A DNA stretch of 32,000 bases, from NCBI RefSeq assembly GCF_000023205.1, contig NC_012803.1:1470001-1502000 (forward strand). The letters run 5' to 3'. This DNA comes from Micrococcus luteus NCTC 2665 (GTDB taxonomy: Bacteria; Actinomycetota; Actinomycetes; Actinomycetales; Micrococcaceae). Shown one piece after another: positions 21,757 through 32,000 of the stretch; positions within the stretch are counted from its first letter, which is position 1; every line of letters begins with the position of its first letter. A model generated the notes under the pieces. That model searched no databases. It saw only the letters and a program-made list of their open reading frames with translations, and was not told where the DNA came from. The position numbers and the translations under genes are program-made.

Positions 21757-23352
21757 TCAGTCGGTGTCGGGGGCGGCGTCGTCGTGCACGTCCCAGCCGT
21801 GCTCGCGCATCAGCCCGGCGACGGCCTCGATGAATGCGTCGCCGCGGGCCGCGTAGGAGCGGAACTGGTCCATCGACGCCGCGGCGGGCGCCATGAGCAC
21901 GGTGTCACCGGGGCGGGCCAGGCCGTCGGCCACGCGCACCGCCTCGGCCATCACGGCCGCGCCGTCGGCGGGGCCGGTGCCGTCGGCCGCGGCGAGGGGG
22001 GCGTGGACGGGGACGTCCGGGGCGTGCGCGGCCAGGGCAGCGCGCAGGGCCGAGGTGTCCCTGCCCAGGAGCACCACCGCCCGGAGCCGGTGGGCGTGCG
22101 CGGCCACCAGCTCGTGATAGGTCACGCCCTTGGGCAGGCCGCCGGCCAGCCACACCACGGAGCTGAACGCCGCCAGCGACGCGTCCGCGGCGTGCGGGTT
22201 CGTCGCCTTGGAGTCGTTGACCCACATGATGTCGCGGGAGGTGGCCACGAGCTGGATGCGGTGCTCCCCGCGGTCGTAGGAGCGCAGGCCCTCGGCCACG
22301 GCCGCGGGGCTCACCCCGACGGCCCGGGTCAGCGCCGCCGCGGCGGCCGCGTTGGCCATGGTGTGGCGCGGCGCCACCGGGCCCAGGTCGGCGCGCTCGG
22401 CCAGGGCGATCGCCTCGTGGCGCCGGTTGTCCAGGAACGCACGGTCCACGAGGATCCCGTCCACGACGCCGATGTCGGACAGGCCCGGGGTGTCCGTGGT
22501 GAAGCCGATCGCGCGGCAGCCCTCCTGGACGTCCGCGCGCTCCACGAGGGTGCGGGTCAGCGGGTCCTGCTCGTTGAACACGCAGGCCACCCGCGTGTTC
22601 GCATACACCTTGCCCTTGGCGGCGGCGTACTCCTCCATCGAGCCGTGCCAGTCCACGTGGTCCTCGGCCAGGTTCAGCACCGCAGACGACGCCGGGGCCA
22701 GGCCGTGCGTCCAGTGCAGCTGGAAGCTGGAGAGCTCGAGGGCGAGCACGTCGAAGCCCTGCGGGTCGCGGATCGCGTCGAGCACGGGGGTGCCGACGTT
22801 GCCGCAGGCCACCGCTCGACGGCCGTCCGCCCGCAGGATGGCCTCGACCATCGTCACGGTCGTCGTCTTGCCGTTCGTGCCCGTCAGGCACACCCAGTCG
22901 GCGGTCTTCCGGCCGGCGCGCTCGCGCAGCCGCCAGGCGAGTTCGACGTCGGACCAGATCGGCAGGCCCGCCGCGTGGGCGGCCATCAGCAGCGGCTGGT
23001 CCGGCCGCCAGCCCGGGGAGGTCACGACGAGGTCCGCGGCGGCGCCGTCGACCTCGGGCAGCGCCTGCGTGGCCGCCCGGTCCAGCAGGACCTCGCGGAC
23101 CCCCACGATCCGCAGGGTCTCGGCGCGCGCCCGGTTCTCCGGCCCGTCGTCGCCGTCCACCACCACGACGGCGGCGCCCAGCTCGGCCAGGGTGTCGGCC
23201 ACGGAGAAGCCGGTGACGCCCAGGCCCGTGACGACGACACGCAGGCCGGCCCACCCCGGAGCGTCCCAGGACGTGAGGTCGGCGGTGCGGGCGGTGTCGG
23301 CGCGGGGCCGGCGCACCGGTGCGGGCGCGGCGTCGGACGCGGGGCCGGTCAC
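21757..23352 (-). CDS. murD: UDP-N-acetylmuramoylalanine--D-glutamate ligase MurD, up to 531 aa
   Basis: C-terminal part of track ORF 21757..24000. The proposed GTG at 23352 forms a GTGA overlap with the mraY stop. Contains [19 protein letters not shown] and [14 protein letters not shown]. The ~35-aa N-terminal extension is unusual, so a later start cannot be excluded. Confidence 0.9.
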   Translation of the reverse strand: MTGPASDAAPAPVRRPRADTARTADLTSWDAPGWAGLRVVVTGLGVTGFSVADTLAELGAAVVVVDGDDGPENRARAETLRIVGVREVLLDRAATQALPEVDGAAADLVVTSPGWRPDQPLLMAAHAAGLPIWSDVELAWRLRERAGRKTADWVCLTGTNGKTTTVTMVEAILRADGRRAVACGNVGTPVLDAIRDPQGFDVLALELSSFQLHWTHGLAPASSAVLNLAEDHVDWHGSMEEYAAAKGKVYANTRVACVFNEQDPLTRTLVERADVQEGCRAIGFTTDTPGLSDIGVVDGILVDRAFLDNRRHEAIALAERADLGPVAPRHTMANAAAAAALTRAVGVSPAAVAEGLRSYDRGEHRIQLVATSRDIMWVNDSKATNPHAADASLAAFSSVVWLAGGLPKGVTYHELVAAHAHRLRAVVLLGRDTSALRAALAAHAPDVPVHAPLAAADGTGPADGAAVMAEAVRVADGLARPGDTVLMAPAAASMDQFRSYAARGDAFIEAVAGLMREHGWDVHDDAAPDTD

Positions 23353-24472
23353 GGGGTCACCCCCGCGAGGCCGCCCTGGCGGATGAGCCAGTCGCCGTAG
23401 AAGATCGCGAGCCCCACGGTGACGCACATCAGGGACAGCAGCCAGAAGCGGACCACGACGGTCACCTCGGCCCAGCCCTTGAGCTCGAAGTGGTGCTGCA
23501 GCGGCGCCATGAGGAACACGCGCTTGCCGCCGGAGACCTTGAACCAGCCCACCTGGATGATGACGGAGAGGGTGATCGCGACCATGAGGCCGGCCAGCAC
23601 GGCCACCAGGATCTCGGTGCGCGTGAAGATCGCGAAGCCGGCCAGGGCGCCGCCCAGGCCCAGGGAGCCGGTGTCCCCCATGAAGATCTTGGCCGGGGAG
23701 GTGTTCCACCAGAGGAAGCCCAGCAGGCTGCCCGTGAGGATCGCCGCGAGCAGGGCGAGGTCCATGGGGTCGCGGACCTCGTAGCAGCCGCGGGTGCCCT
23801 CGAGCGCGCAGGACTGGCTCGACTGGAAGAGCGATATCAGGACGTAGGCGCCCGTGATCATGGCGGTGGCGCCCGTGGCTAGCCCGTCGAGGCCATCCGT
23901 GAGGTTCACGGCGTTCGTGGTGGCGGTGGTGATGAGGTTCGACCAGATCACGAACAGGATGACGCCGATCGCGGGTCCGGCGAAGGCCAGGTCGAGCCAC
24001 GGGATGTCCCGCGCGAAGGAGATCGCCGTCGAGGCGGGGGTCAGGCCCCGCTCGTCCGGGAAGTTCAGGGCGAGGACCGCGAAGGCGGTGCCGATCAGGG
24101 CCTGGAGGATGATCTTGCCGCGCGGCGTCAGGCCGAGCGAGCGCTGCTTCGTGATCTTCGTGAAGTCGTCCACGAAGCCGACGAAGGCCATGCCCACCGT
24201 GAGCAGCAGCAGGATCAGGCCGGAGGCCGTGGGCCCGCCGAAGTCGACGCCGAGCACCGCGAGCAGCCCGTGGGTGATCAGGTACGCCAGCACCAGGGAG
24301 CCGATGATGACCGCGCCGCCCATCGTGGGCGTGCCGCGCTTGGTCTTGTGGGTGGTCGGGCCGTCGTCGCGGACGAACTGGCCGTATCCGCGCTTGACGA
24401 GGAACCGGATGAACAGCGGGGTGCCGGCGGCCGAGAGGACCAGGCCGAGCACGCCGCCGATGAGCAGTCCGA

Positions 24473-24476
<4 letters not shown>
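23349..24476 (-). CDS. mraY: Phospho-N-acetylmuramoyl-pentapeptide transferase MraY, 375 aa, GTG start overlapping the murF stop
   Basis: Track ORF: [54 protein letters not shown]...NAVNLTDGLDGLA...MGDTGSLGLGG...APLQHHFELKGW. Confidence 0.96.
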
Positions 24477-25983
<1,507 letters not shown>

Positions 25984-25987
<4 letters not shown>

Positions 25988-27741
25988 GACTCGATGACCT
26001 TACCCTCGCGGACTGGGCCGGAGACCGAGGCGGAGGCCACAGCGGCACCGGCGGCCAGGGCCTCGCGCAGGGCCACCCGATCGTCCAGCGGGACGAGCTC
26101 GCCGTCGTAGTCCATCGTGGTCTCGTGCCCGCGGCCGGCCAGGAGGATGCCGTCCTGCGGCCCCGCCAGCTCCACGGCGCGGCGGATGGCCGCGAAACGG
26201 TCGGCCACCTCCTCGATCACGACCGTGCGGCCCTCCTCCCGCGCGATGCGGTCGGCCTCGGCGCGGGCGCCGGCCAGGATGTGGGCGCGGATCGGCGCCG
26301 GGTCCTCCGAGTGGGGGGTGTCGTCGGTGACGATCACCACATCCGCCGCCCGGGCCGCGATCGCGCCCATCACGGGCCGCTTGTCACGGTCACGGTCGCC
26401 GGCGGAGCCGAACACGATCAGGGTGCGGCCGCGCGTCCCGGCCGCCGCCCGGGCGTCGGCGAGGGAGCGCAGCGCCTGGACCATGCCGTCCGGGTTGTGC
26501 GCGAAGTCGACGACGGCGTCCGGCTCGCGGCCCACGACCTCCATCCGCCCCGGGACGGCGGCGGCCAGAGGGCCCTCGCCCGCGGGCACGTCCAGGACGG
26601 CGGCGAGCGCGTCCAGGTGCTCCTCCCCCACGGCGTGCAGCACGAGCAGGACCGCGAGGGCCGCGTTGGCCACGTTGAAGCGGCCCGGCAGACCGACGGA
26701 GGCCCGCAGCTCCCGGCCCGTGGCCGCGTGGCGCAGGGTGAAACGGTGGCCGAGGCCGTCCGGCGCGAGCTCGGCGACCTCCCAGTCAGCCCGGAGGCCG
26801 GGGTCGTGTTCGGCCAGGGCGCCCGGCGTCGGCGCGGCCGGCCCGAGGGCGAGCGTGGTGACGGGAGCGCCGGCGGCCCGGGCCATGGCGACGCCCCAGC
26901 GGGGTCCCTCGCCGCCGTCGAGCGTGATGACGGCGTGGTCGGTGCGGGCGGGGTCGAACAGACCGGCCTTGGCCGCGAAGTACTCCTGCATCGAGCCGTG
27001 CATGTCCAGGTGGTCCTGGGTCAGGTTGGTGAACCCGGCCACCGCGTAGCGCAGGCCGGCGATCCGCTGGTACGCCACGGCGTGGGAGGAGACCTCCATG
27101 ACGGCGGTGTCCACCTGCTCCTCGCGCATGAGCGCCATGAGGGCGTGCAGCTGGGTGGCCTCGGGCGTGGTGAGCGTGGAGGGGACCTCCCGCTCCCCCG
27201 CGCGGATCAGGATCGTGCCCACGATGCCCGACCGGCGCCCCAGGGCCTCGAGCAGGGCGGCGGAGAGGAAGCTCGTGGTGGTCTTGCCGTTGGTGCCGGT
27301 CACGCCGACCAGGCGCGGGCCGGCGTCGCCCCCGCCGCCGTAGACGCGGGCCGCCACGGTGCCGGCGGCGGTGCGCACGGCGTCGACCTCGAGCACCGGG
27401 ACGTCGGCCAGGCCCTGCCCCGCCAGGAGCGCGCGGCCCGCCGCGTCCGTCAGGACGCCGACGGCGCCGGCCTCCAGCGCCGTGGCCGCGAACGCCGCAC
27501 CGTGGGCGCGCGCCCCCGGAACGGCGACGTAGAGGTCGCCCGGGCGCACGACACGCGAGTCGAGGCTGACCCCCGTGACGCCGTCGGCCGGGGCCGCGCC
27601 GTGGACGTGGGCCGCGATCCCCGCCTCGGCCAGCGCCTGCGCGAGGACGGGCCAGGGCGTGGCGGGGGTGTGGGAGGGCCGGAAGGCGGCGTCCTGCTGG
27701 GCGGGGGTCAGCGGAGCAGGGGGGTCGCTCGGGGTGGTCAT
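25984..27741 (-). CDS. murE: UDP-N-acetylmuramoyl-L-alanyl-D-glutamate--diamino-acid ligase MurE, 585 aa (start re-set); the motif suggests non-DAP (probably L-Lys) specificity
   Basis: C-terminal part of track ORF 25984..28845; the upstream part is out of frame over ftsI. Starts at ATG 27741, preceded by AGGAG-N8. Contains [15 protein letters not shown] and FTNLTQDHLDMHGSM. The position equivalent to the DAP-specific DNPR motif reads DTPH (VTDDTPHSEDP). Confidence 0.92.
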
Positions 27742-27779
27742 GGGGGTGCTCCTGGGGTGCTCGGGGCCGGCGGCGTGGG

Positions 27780-29606
27780 TCACCACGGCCGGTCCTGCGG
27801 ATCGTCCACGAAGACGCGGTAGTCGTTCGGCTCGGCTCCGGTGGCGGGCACGTCCGCCTGGCGGAGCATGTACTCCATGATCGTGGCGGCCGCGACGGAC
27901 ACGTCCCGGGAGCCCTGCTTCGACGGCGGCCGATGCAGGGACACGGACACCACGAAGCGGGGGTCGTCGAGCGGGGCGACGGCGGTGAAGCCGAAGTTGT
28001 AGCCGTCGTACGTGCCGGTGTCGCTCGCGGCCTCGGCGGTGGAGGACTTGCCGCCCACGCGATACCCGGGGATCGCGGCGGCCTTGCTGGTGCCCTGCGT
28101 CACGACGGTCTCCATCATGCGGAGCATCTGCGCCGCCGTCTCCTCGGAGACCACGCGGTGGGGCTCCGCGGACGACTCCCAGCGCTTCTCCGCGCCGTCG
28201 CCGTCCACCGTGGCGCCGATCAGCCGGGCCGGGATCAGCACGCCGCCGTTGGCGAGGGCCTGGTACATCTGGGCGGTGTGCAGGGTGGTCTGGGTGTAGC
28301 CCTGGCCGAAGGCCGTGGTCAGGCGCTGGCGGCCGTCCCACTGCTCGGGCGGGACGAGGACGCTGCCCGCCTGCTGCGGCAGCCCGAGGTCGATGGGCTG
28401 GCCGACCCCGAAGGAGCGCATGTACTCGTAGCGCTGCTCGTCCGTGATCGTCTCGGCGATCTGCACCGTGCCCGTGTTGTAGGAGCGCGCGTAGATGCCT
28501 GCGACGGTCATGTCGAACGTCGGGTGCGGGGAGAAGTCCCGGATGGTCTGCCCGTCGAAGTCCTGGCTGCTGGGGACGGTGAACCCGTCCGTGGCGGTGA
28601 CCTTCCCGGCATCGACGGCGGCCGCGATCGGCAGCGCCTTGCCCGTGGAGCCCGGCTCGTACGGGGTGCTCATCACGGTGGAGGTGCGGAAGTTCGCCTC
28701 GGTGGCGTCGGGGTCGGCGGGGTCCACCGTGGTGGAGTCCGCCATGACGATCACGTCGCCCGTCTTCACGTCCATCACGACGGCGTTCGCCCACTCCGCG
28801 TCGTACTCGGCGGCGAGGGCGCCGAGGGTCTCCTGCGCGAACCACTGGGCGTCCTTGTCCACGGTCAGGCGCAGGTCGGCGCCGTCCACGGCCGGAACCT
28901 CCTCGAGCGGGGCGTTGGGGATGCGGATGCCGTCCGCGCCCACCTCGAACGTGCGGGTGCCCGGGGTGCCGGTCATGACGTCGTCCTGGCTGAGCTCGAG
29001 GCCTTCGAGGGCGGTGCCGTCACCACCCATGAAGCCGATGATGCTGCCGGCGATCGACCCGTTCGGGTAGGTGCGGCGGTCCACCGCCTCGGAGAGCAGG
29101 CCCGGCACGTTGAGTGCCATGGCCGCGTCCCGCACCTCCGGGGTCACGGAGCGACGCACCACGGCGTACGGGCGGGAGCCGATGGTGGCCTCGCGCACCT
29201 CCTCCTCCGACATGCCGAGCACCTCGGCCAGGCTGGCCAGGCGCGAGTCCACGTCCACGAGCACGGTCTCCCGGGCCTCGCGGTCCCATTCGTTGAAGTC
29301 CTTGACGAGGCGCTGGTCCACGACGATGTCGTATCGGCGCACGCTGGCGGCCAGCACGTCGCCGTCGCGGTCCAGGATGGACCCGCGCTGCGGCAGGGTC
29401 TCCTGGTGCGTCAGGCGCTGGTCCATGGCCGCCGCGGCCTGCCCCGTGGGGTCGATGCCCTGCACGTAGACGAGCCGCAGCGCGAGCCCGCCGAGCAGGA
29501 CGAGGACGAGCAGCAGCAGGATGCGGGTGCGCACGGCGGGGTGCCCGGGAGCGGGCCCGACCGTCGATCCGCCGCGGGCACGGTGCGAGGCGGGACGGTC
29601 GTTCAA
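27780..29606 (-). CDS. ftsI: Class B penicillin-binding protein / septal transpeptidase FtsI (PbpB), up to 608 aa
   Basis: Track ORF. It has an N-terminal TM segment (ILLLLVLVLLGGLAL), SxxK = STGK, SxN = SYN, and the third box reads KSS (GGKSSTAE) instead of KTG. The longest-ORF start is TTG (29606), forming a TTGA overlap with the ftsL stop. An in-frame GTG (VGPAPGH) is an alternative. Confidence 0.9.
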   Translation of the reverse strand: MNDRPASHRARGGSTVGPAPGHPAVRTRILLLLVLVLLGGLALRLVYVQGIDPTGQAAAAMDQRLTHQETLPQRGSILDRDGDVLAASVRRYDIVVDQRLVKDFNEWDREARETVLVDVDSRLASLAEVLGMSEEEVREATIGSRPYAVVRRSVTPEVRDAAMALNVPGLLSEAVDRRTYPNGSIAGSIIGFMGGDGTALEGLELSQDDVMTGTPGTRTFEVGADGIRIPNAPLEEVPAVDGADLRLTVDKDAQWFAQETLGALAAEYDAEWANAVVMDVKTGDVIVMADSTTVDPADPDATEANFRTSTVMSTPYEPGSTGKALPIAAAVDAGKVTATDGFTVPSSQDFDGQTIRDFSPHPTFDMTVAGIYARSYNTGTVQIAETITDEQRYEYMRSFGVGQPIDLGLPQQAGSVLVPPEQWDGRQRLTTAFGQGYTQTTLHTAQMYQALANGGVLIPARLIGATVDGDGAEKRWESSAEPHRVVSEETAAQMLRMMETVVTQGTSKAAAIPGYRVGGKSSTAEAASDTGTYDGYNFGFTAVAPLDDPRFVVSVSLHRPPSKQGSRDVSVAAATIMEYMLRQADVPATGAEPNDYRVFVDDPQDRPW

Positions 29607-30196
29607 CGGTCGGCGGCGTCCTGGTCGGCGGCGGCGGAGGCGTCCTCACCGCCGAGGGTGCGCGGTCCCTCGATCTCGTCCTGGCCCTCGGCGGACGCCC
29701 CCTGACGGACCACGTCCGCGTCCGCCGGCGGCGCGACGTAGGTGCCGGAGACGTCGCCGTCCTGGGCCGCCTGGGCCTCGCCGCTGAACTCGCCCGTGCC
29801 CGCGTCAACGGAGGCGGTGCCGGCGGGGGCGACCATCCCGAGGGCGTCGGCGCGCGCGGCCAGGTTCTGCGGCGCCTCGAGGTTCCCGACCTGCTCGGCC
29901 AGCCGCTCATTGGTCTCGGTGACGGCCTGCTGCTCCTGGCGCAGGTCCAGGAGGGCGTACTGCCGGTTGGACATCGTGATGTTCATGACGAGCACCGCCG
30001 CGAGCGCGGCGAGCACCACGAGGACGCACAGCACGGTCACGCCGGAGCGGGATCGGGGCAGCGGGGCGGGCACCACCGAGAGCGGCGTGCGCTCCTGCGG
30101 AGCCGGCCGCGCAGGGGCGACGGGGGTCGACCCGGGGCGCAGCGACCCCGCGATCCGTGCGTGTGCGGCCATGCTCATCTCCTCGTGCAGCGTCAT
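29603..30196 (-). CDS. ftsL: FtsL-like cell division membrane protein (single TM, coiled coil, acidic C-terminal tail), 197 aa
   Basis: Track ORF. It has a TM segment (VLCVLVVLAALAAVLVMNI), then RQYALLDLRQEQQAVTETNERLAEQVGNLEAPQNLAARADALGMV. It sits in the conserved position between rsmH and ftsI. An ATGA overlap joins it to the rsmH stop. Confidence 0.8.
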   Translation of the reverse strand: MTLHEEMSMAAHARIAGSLRPGSTPVAPARPAPQERTPLSVVPAPLPRSRSGVTVLCVLVVLAALAAVLVMNITMSNRQYALLDLRQEQQAVTETNERLAEQVGNLEAPQNLAARADALGMVAPAGTASVDAGTGEFSGEAQAAQDGDVSGTYVAPPADADVVRQGASAEGQDEIEGPRTLGGEDASAAADQDAADR

Positions 30197-31242
30197 GCCG
30201 TGGTCCTGGACGTCCTGATCTTCTCAACCGCCCGCACTTTCGCGGAGGAGGCGCGACGGTTCTCTGAGATCTCTTCTTCGGTGGGCTTCTCGGTGCCACG
30301 GGTGAGCACCCGCACCACGGGTTCGTGCTCCTCCAGCACCACCGGGAACCCCGGGGGCGCCGTGGACGTGGCCCACGCGCTCAGGTGTCGCTTCGTGATG
30401 CGGTCCTCGAGGGAGTGGTAGCTCATCACCACGAGGCGGCCGCCCACGTGGAGGGCGTCGAGGATGGCGGGCACGGCGGCGTCGAGGATGTCGAGCTCCT
30501 CGTTCACGGCGATGCGCAGGGCCTGGAAGGTGCGCTTGGCCGGGTGCCCGCCGGTGGCCCCCGCGGCGACGGGGACGGCCGAGCGGATCACCTCGACGAG
30601 GCGTCCGGTGGTCTCGATGGGTGCTTCGGCGCGGGCTCGGACGATGGCCCGTGCGATGGGGCCGGCGAAGCGCTCCTCGCCGTCGCGACGGATGATGCGG
30701 CGCAGTTCCTGCTCGTCCAGCTCCGCCACGAGTGTCGCGGCGGAGCGCTCGGCGGTGTCGTCCATGCGCATGTCCAGCGGAGCGTCGTAAGAGTAGGCGA
30801 AGCCGCGCTCCCGGTCGTCCAGCTGGTAGGAGGACACGCCGAGGTCGTAGAGCGCGGCGTCGACCTTCGTGACGCCCGCGGCGGCCATGGCCTCGGGCAC
30901 CCGGTCGTAGGTGCCGTGGAAGGGGATCACACGGTCGGCGAGGGGGCCGAGGCGCTCGGCGGCCATGGCCTGGGCGTGGGCGTCGCGGTCGATGCCGATG
31001 ACGCGCAGGTGGGGGAACCGGGTCAGCAGGGCCTCGGTGTGCCCGCCCATGCCCAGCGTGCCGTCGACGGCGACGGGCGTGCGGCCAGCCTCGAGCGCGG
31101 CCTGGACGGCGGGGGCGAGGAGGTCGACGACGCGGTCCCGCATCACGGGCAGGTGGCGGTCCTCCGGGCGCGGCTGGCCTGCGTCCACTCTCGACCTCCT
31201 GCTCACATCGCGGTCCTGGCGGACCTCGGGCGGGATCCCCAT
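30193..31242 (-). CDS. rsmH: 16S rRNA (cytosine1402-N4)-methyltransferase RsmH (MraW), up to 349 aa
   Basis: Track ORF. Contains HLPVMRDRVVDLL, DGTLGMGGHTEALL, DLGVSSYQLD and SYHSLEDRITK. The start is uncertain because there are about 30 non-conserved N-terminal residues. Confidence 0.93.
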   Translation of the reverse strand: MGIPPEVRQDRDVSRRSRVDAGQPRPEDRHLPVMRDRVVDLLAPAVQAALEAGRTPVAVDGTLGMGGHTEALLTRFPHLRVIGIDRDAHAQAMAAERLGPLADRVIPFHGTYDRVPEAMAAAGVTKVDAALYDLGVSSYQLDDRERGFAYSYDAPLDMRMDDTAERSAATLVAELDEQELRRIIRRDGEERFAGPIARAIVRARAEAPIETTGRLVEVIRSAVPVAAGATGGHPAKRTFQALRIAVNEELDILDAAVPAILDALHVGGRLVVMSYHSLEDRITKRHLSAWATSTAPPGFPVVLEEHEPVVRVLTRGTEKPTEEEISENRRASSAKVRAVEKIRTSRTTA

Positions 31243-31330
31243 CCGTCCGCCGCCGCGCCTGGCCCAGGGGAAGACGGGTCAGGTGCGGCGGCGTCGGCTG
31301 GAGGTCTCGCTCGAGGTCGGGTGGTCACGG

Positions 31331-31762
31331 TCAGAAGACGCCGGGCAGGACGTCCTCGTCGGTCTCGGAGAAGGCGGCTTCCTGCTCGGCGAGGTAGGTG
31401 TTCCAGGACTCCGAGTCCCAGATCTCCACTCGCGTCCCCGCGCCGATCACGGTCACGTCCCGGTCCAGCCCCGCATACTGCCGCAACGGCGCCGGCACGG
31501 TCACCCGACCCTGCTTGTCCGGGACCTCGTCCGACGCCCCCGAGAGGAAGACGCGGATGTAGTCACGGGCCTGGCGGGAGGACAGTGGAGCCGACCTCAT
31601 CTGCTCGTGGACCCGCTCGAACTCACGAGCGCTGAACACGTAGATGCAGCGCTCCTGACCCCGGGTCAGGACCAGCCCCTCCGCCAGCTCCTCGCGGAAC
31701 TTGGCGGGGAGGATCAGCCGGGACTTCTCGTCGAGCCGGGGGGTGTACGTGCCCAAGAACAC
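31331..31762 (-). CDS. mraZ: Transcriptional regulator MraZ, 143 aa, GTG start
   Basis: Track ORF: [26 protein letters not shown]...[32 protein letters not shown], which are the two MraZ/SpoVT-AbrB repeats. AGGGGG lies 7 nt upstream of the start. Confidence 0.96.
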   Translation of the reverse strand: MFLGTYTPRLDEKSRLILPAKFREELAEGLVLTRGQERCIYVFSAREFERVHEQMRSAPLSSRQARDYIRVFLSGASDEVPDKQGRVTVPAPLRQYAGLDRDVTVIGAGTRVEIWDSESWNTYLAEQEAAFSETDEDVLPGVF

Positions 31763-31824
31763 GGCACACCCCCTGGCTCGTCAAGCGGTCCCTCCCGACC
31801 AAGGTCGGGACCCATGCTCTCTCC

Positions 31825-31854
31825 TTCCCTCCACATTACCCCACTTCCCTCCAC
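31825..31854 (-). promoter_or_regulatory. Three 10-bp-phased direct repeats, GTGGAGGGAA / GTGGGGTAAT / GTGGAGGGAA (minus-strand sense), 63-92 nt upstream of mraZ: candidate MraZ operator
   Basis: The plus strand reads ttccctccac attaccccac ttccctccac, and the outer 10-mers are identical. In E. coli, MraZ binds phased GTGGG-type direct repeats at its own promoter. Confidence 0.5.
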
Positions 31855-31860
31855 CATCAA
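31833..31860 (-). promoter_or_regulatory. Candidate dcw promoter (Pmra): -35 TTGATG (31860..31855), 16-nt spacer, -10 TAATGT (31838..31833)
   Basis: The minus strand reads TTGATG-gtggagggaagtgggg-TAATGT. The spacer and the -10 box are made of the repeat units above, so repeat binding would occlude RNA polymerase. Confidence 0.4.
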
Positions 31861-31947
31861 CCCCGGACGCGGGTCCCGGCGCCACGGGCGTGTCGAGGCC
31901 CCCCGAGTCCGGCGCGCCATCCCGCGGGTCCCGGGGCCGGCGTCGCC

Positions 31948-31987
31948 GTGGAGGGACGTGAAGGACCGGTGGGCCCCGGTGGAGGGC
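31948..31987 (+). repeat. Second array of four phased GTG(G/A)-type repeats on the opposite strand: GTGGAGGGAC GTGAAGGACC G-GTGGGCCCC G-GTGGAGGGC
   Basis: Repeat cores start at 31948, 31958, 31969 and 31979, a spacing of 10-11 bp. The array is oriented away from mraZ. Coding status is unresolved because the window ends at 32000. Confidence 0.35.
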
Positions 31988-32000
31988 CGCGGCGACGACG

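Noticed and set aside
31784-32000. A minus-strand frame open from the right window edge to a stop near 31784, possibly the 3' end of an upstream gene.
   Set aside because: It would run through the promoter and repeat region of mraZ. Third-position GC drops sharply left of about 31860, and the tail (GVDGGGKWGNVEGRREHGSRPWSGGTA) looks non-coding. A real gene may end further right, but that cannot be resolved within this window, so no CDS is called.

Overview
High-GC actinobacterial core chromosome (Micrococcales-like, judged by gene content and protein similarity; G+C not counted). I see no accessory content: no tRNA or rRNA genes, CRISPR array, transposase, integrase, or recognisable defence or toxin cassette. 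I also cannot support a previously undescribed multi-gene system. Every ORF longer than about 70 codons that shows real coding character belongs to a well-known housekeeping family in a conserved order.

Layout:
- Left 6.4 kb: glnE (partial, minus strand) and glnA2 (minus) lie divergent from panB (plus). A 70-aa acidic ORF (minus) lies divergent from map and ppgK (plus).
- 6.4-31.8 kb: one co-directional minus-strand block. In transcription order it is mraZ-rsmH-ftsL-ftsI-murE-murF-mraY-murD-ftsW-murG-murC-ftsQ-ftsZ-pgeF-yggS-sepF-yggT-divIVA-lspA-rluD-dnaE-nrdR. This is the complete dcw cluster, its actinobacterial extension, and replication and dNTP-control genes.

The many long ORFs on the opposite strand, or in shifted frames, are high-GC shadow ORFs. 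Several track ORFs are real genes over-extended at the 5' end, so I re-set those starts by hand.

The points worth a second look are regulatory and architectural:
- Two exactly 36-bp divergent spacers and one 21-nt spacer carry TANNNT boxes 6-7 nt upstream of start codons, which looks like leaderless transcription.
- A 10-bp-phased GTGGNGGG repeat array overlaps a sigma70-like promoter upstream of mraZ, and a second array on the opposite strand lies about 95 bp further out.
- The unusually long ftsQ-ftsZ spacer contains exact ACGTGAAGGT repeats and a 12-bp palindrome.
- Eleven 4-nt start/stop overlaps link genes along the block.
- Two active-site motif deviations occur: MurE DNPR to DTPH, and FtsI KTG to KSS.
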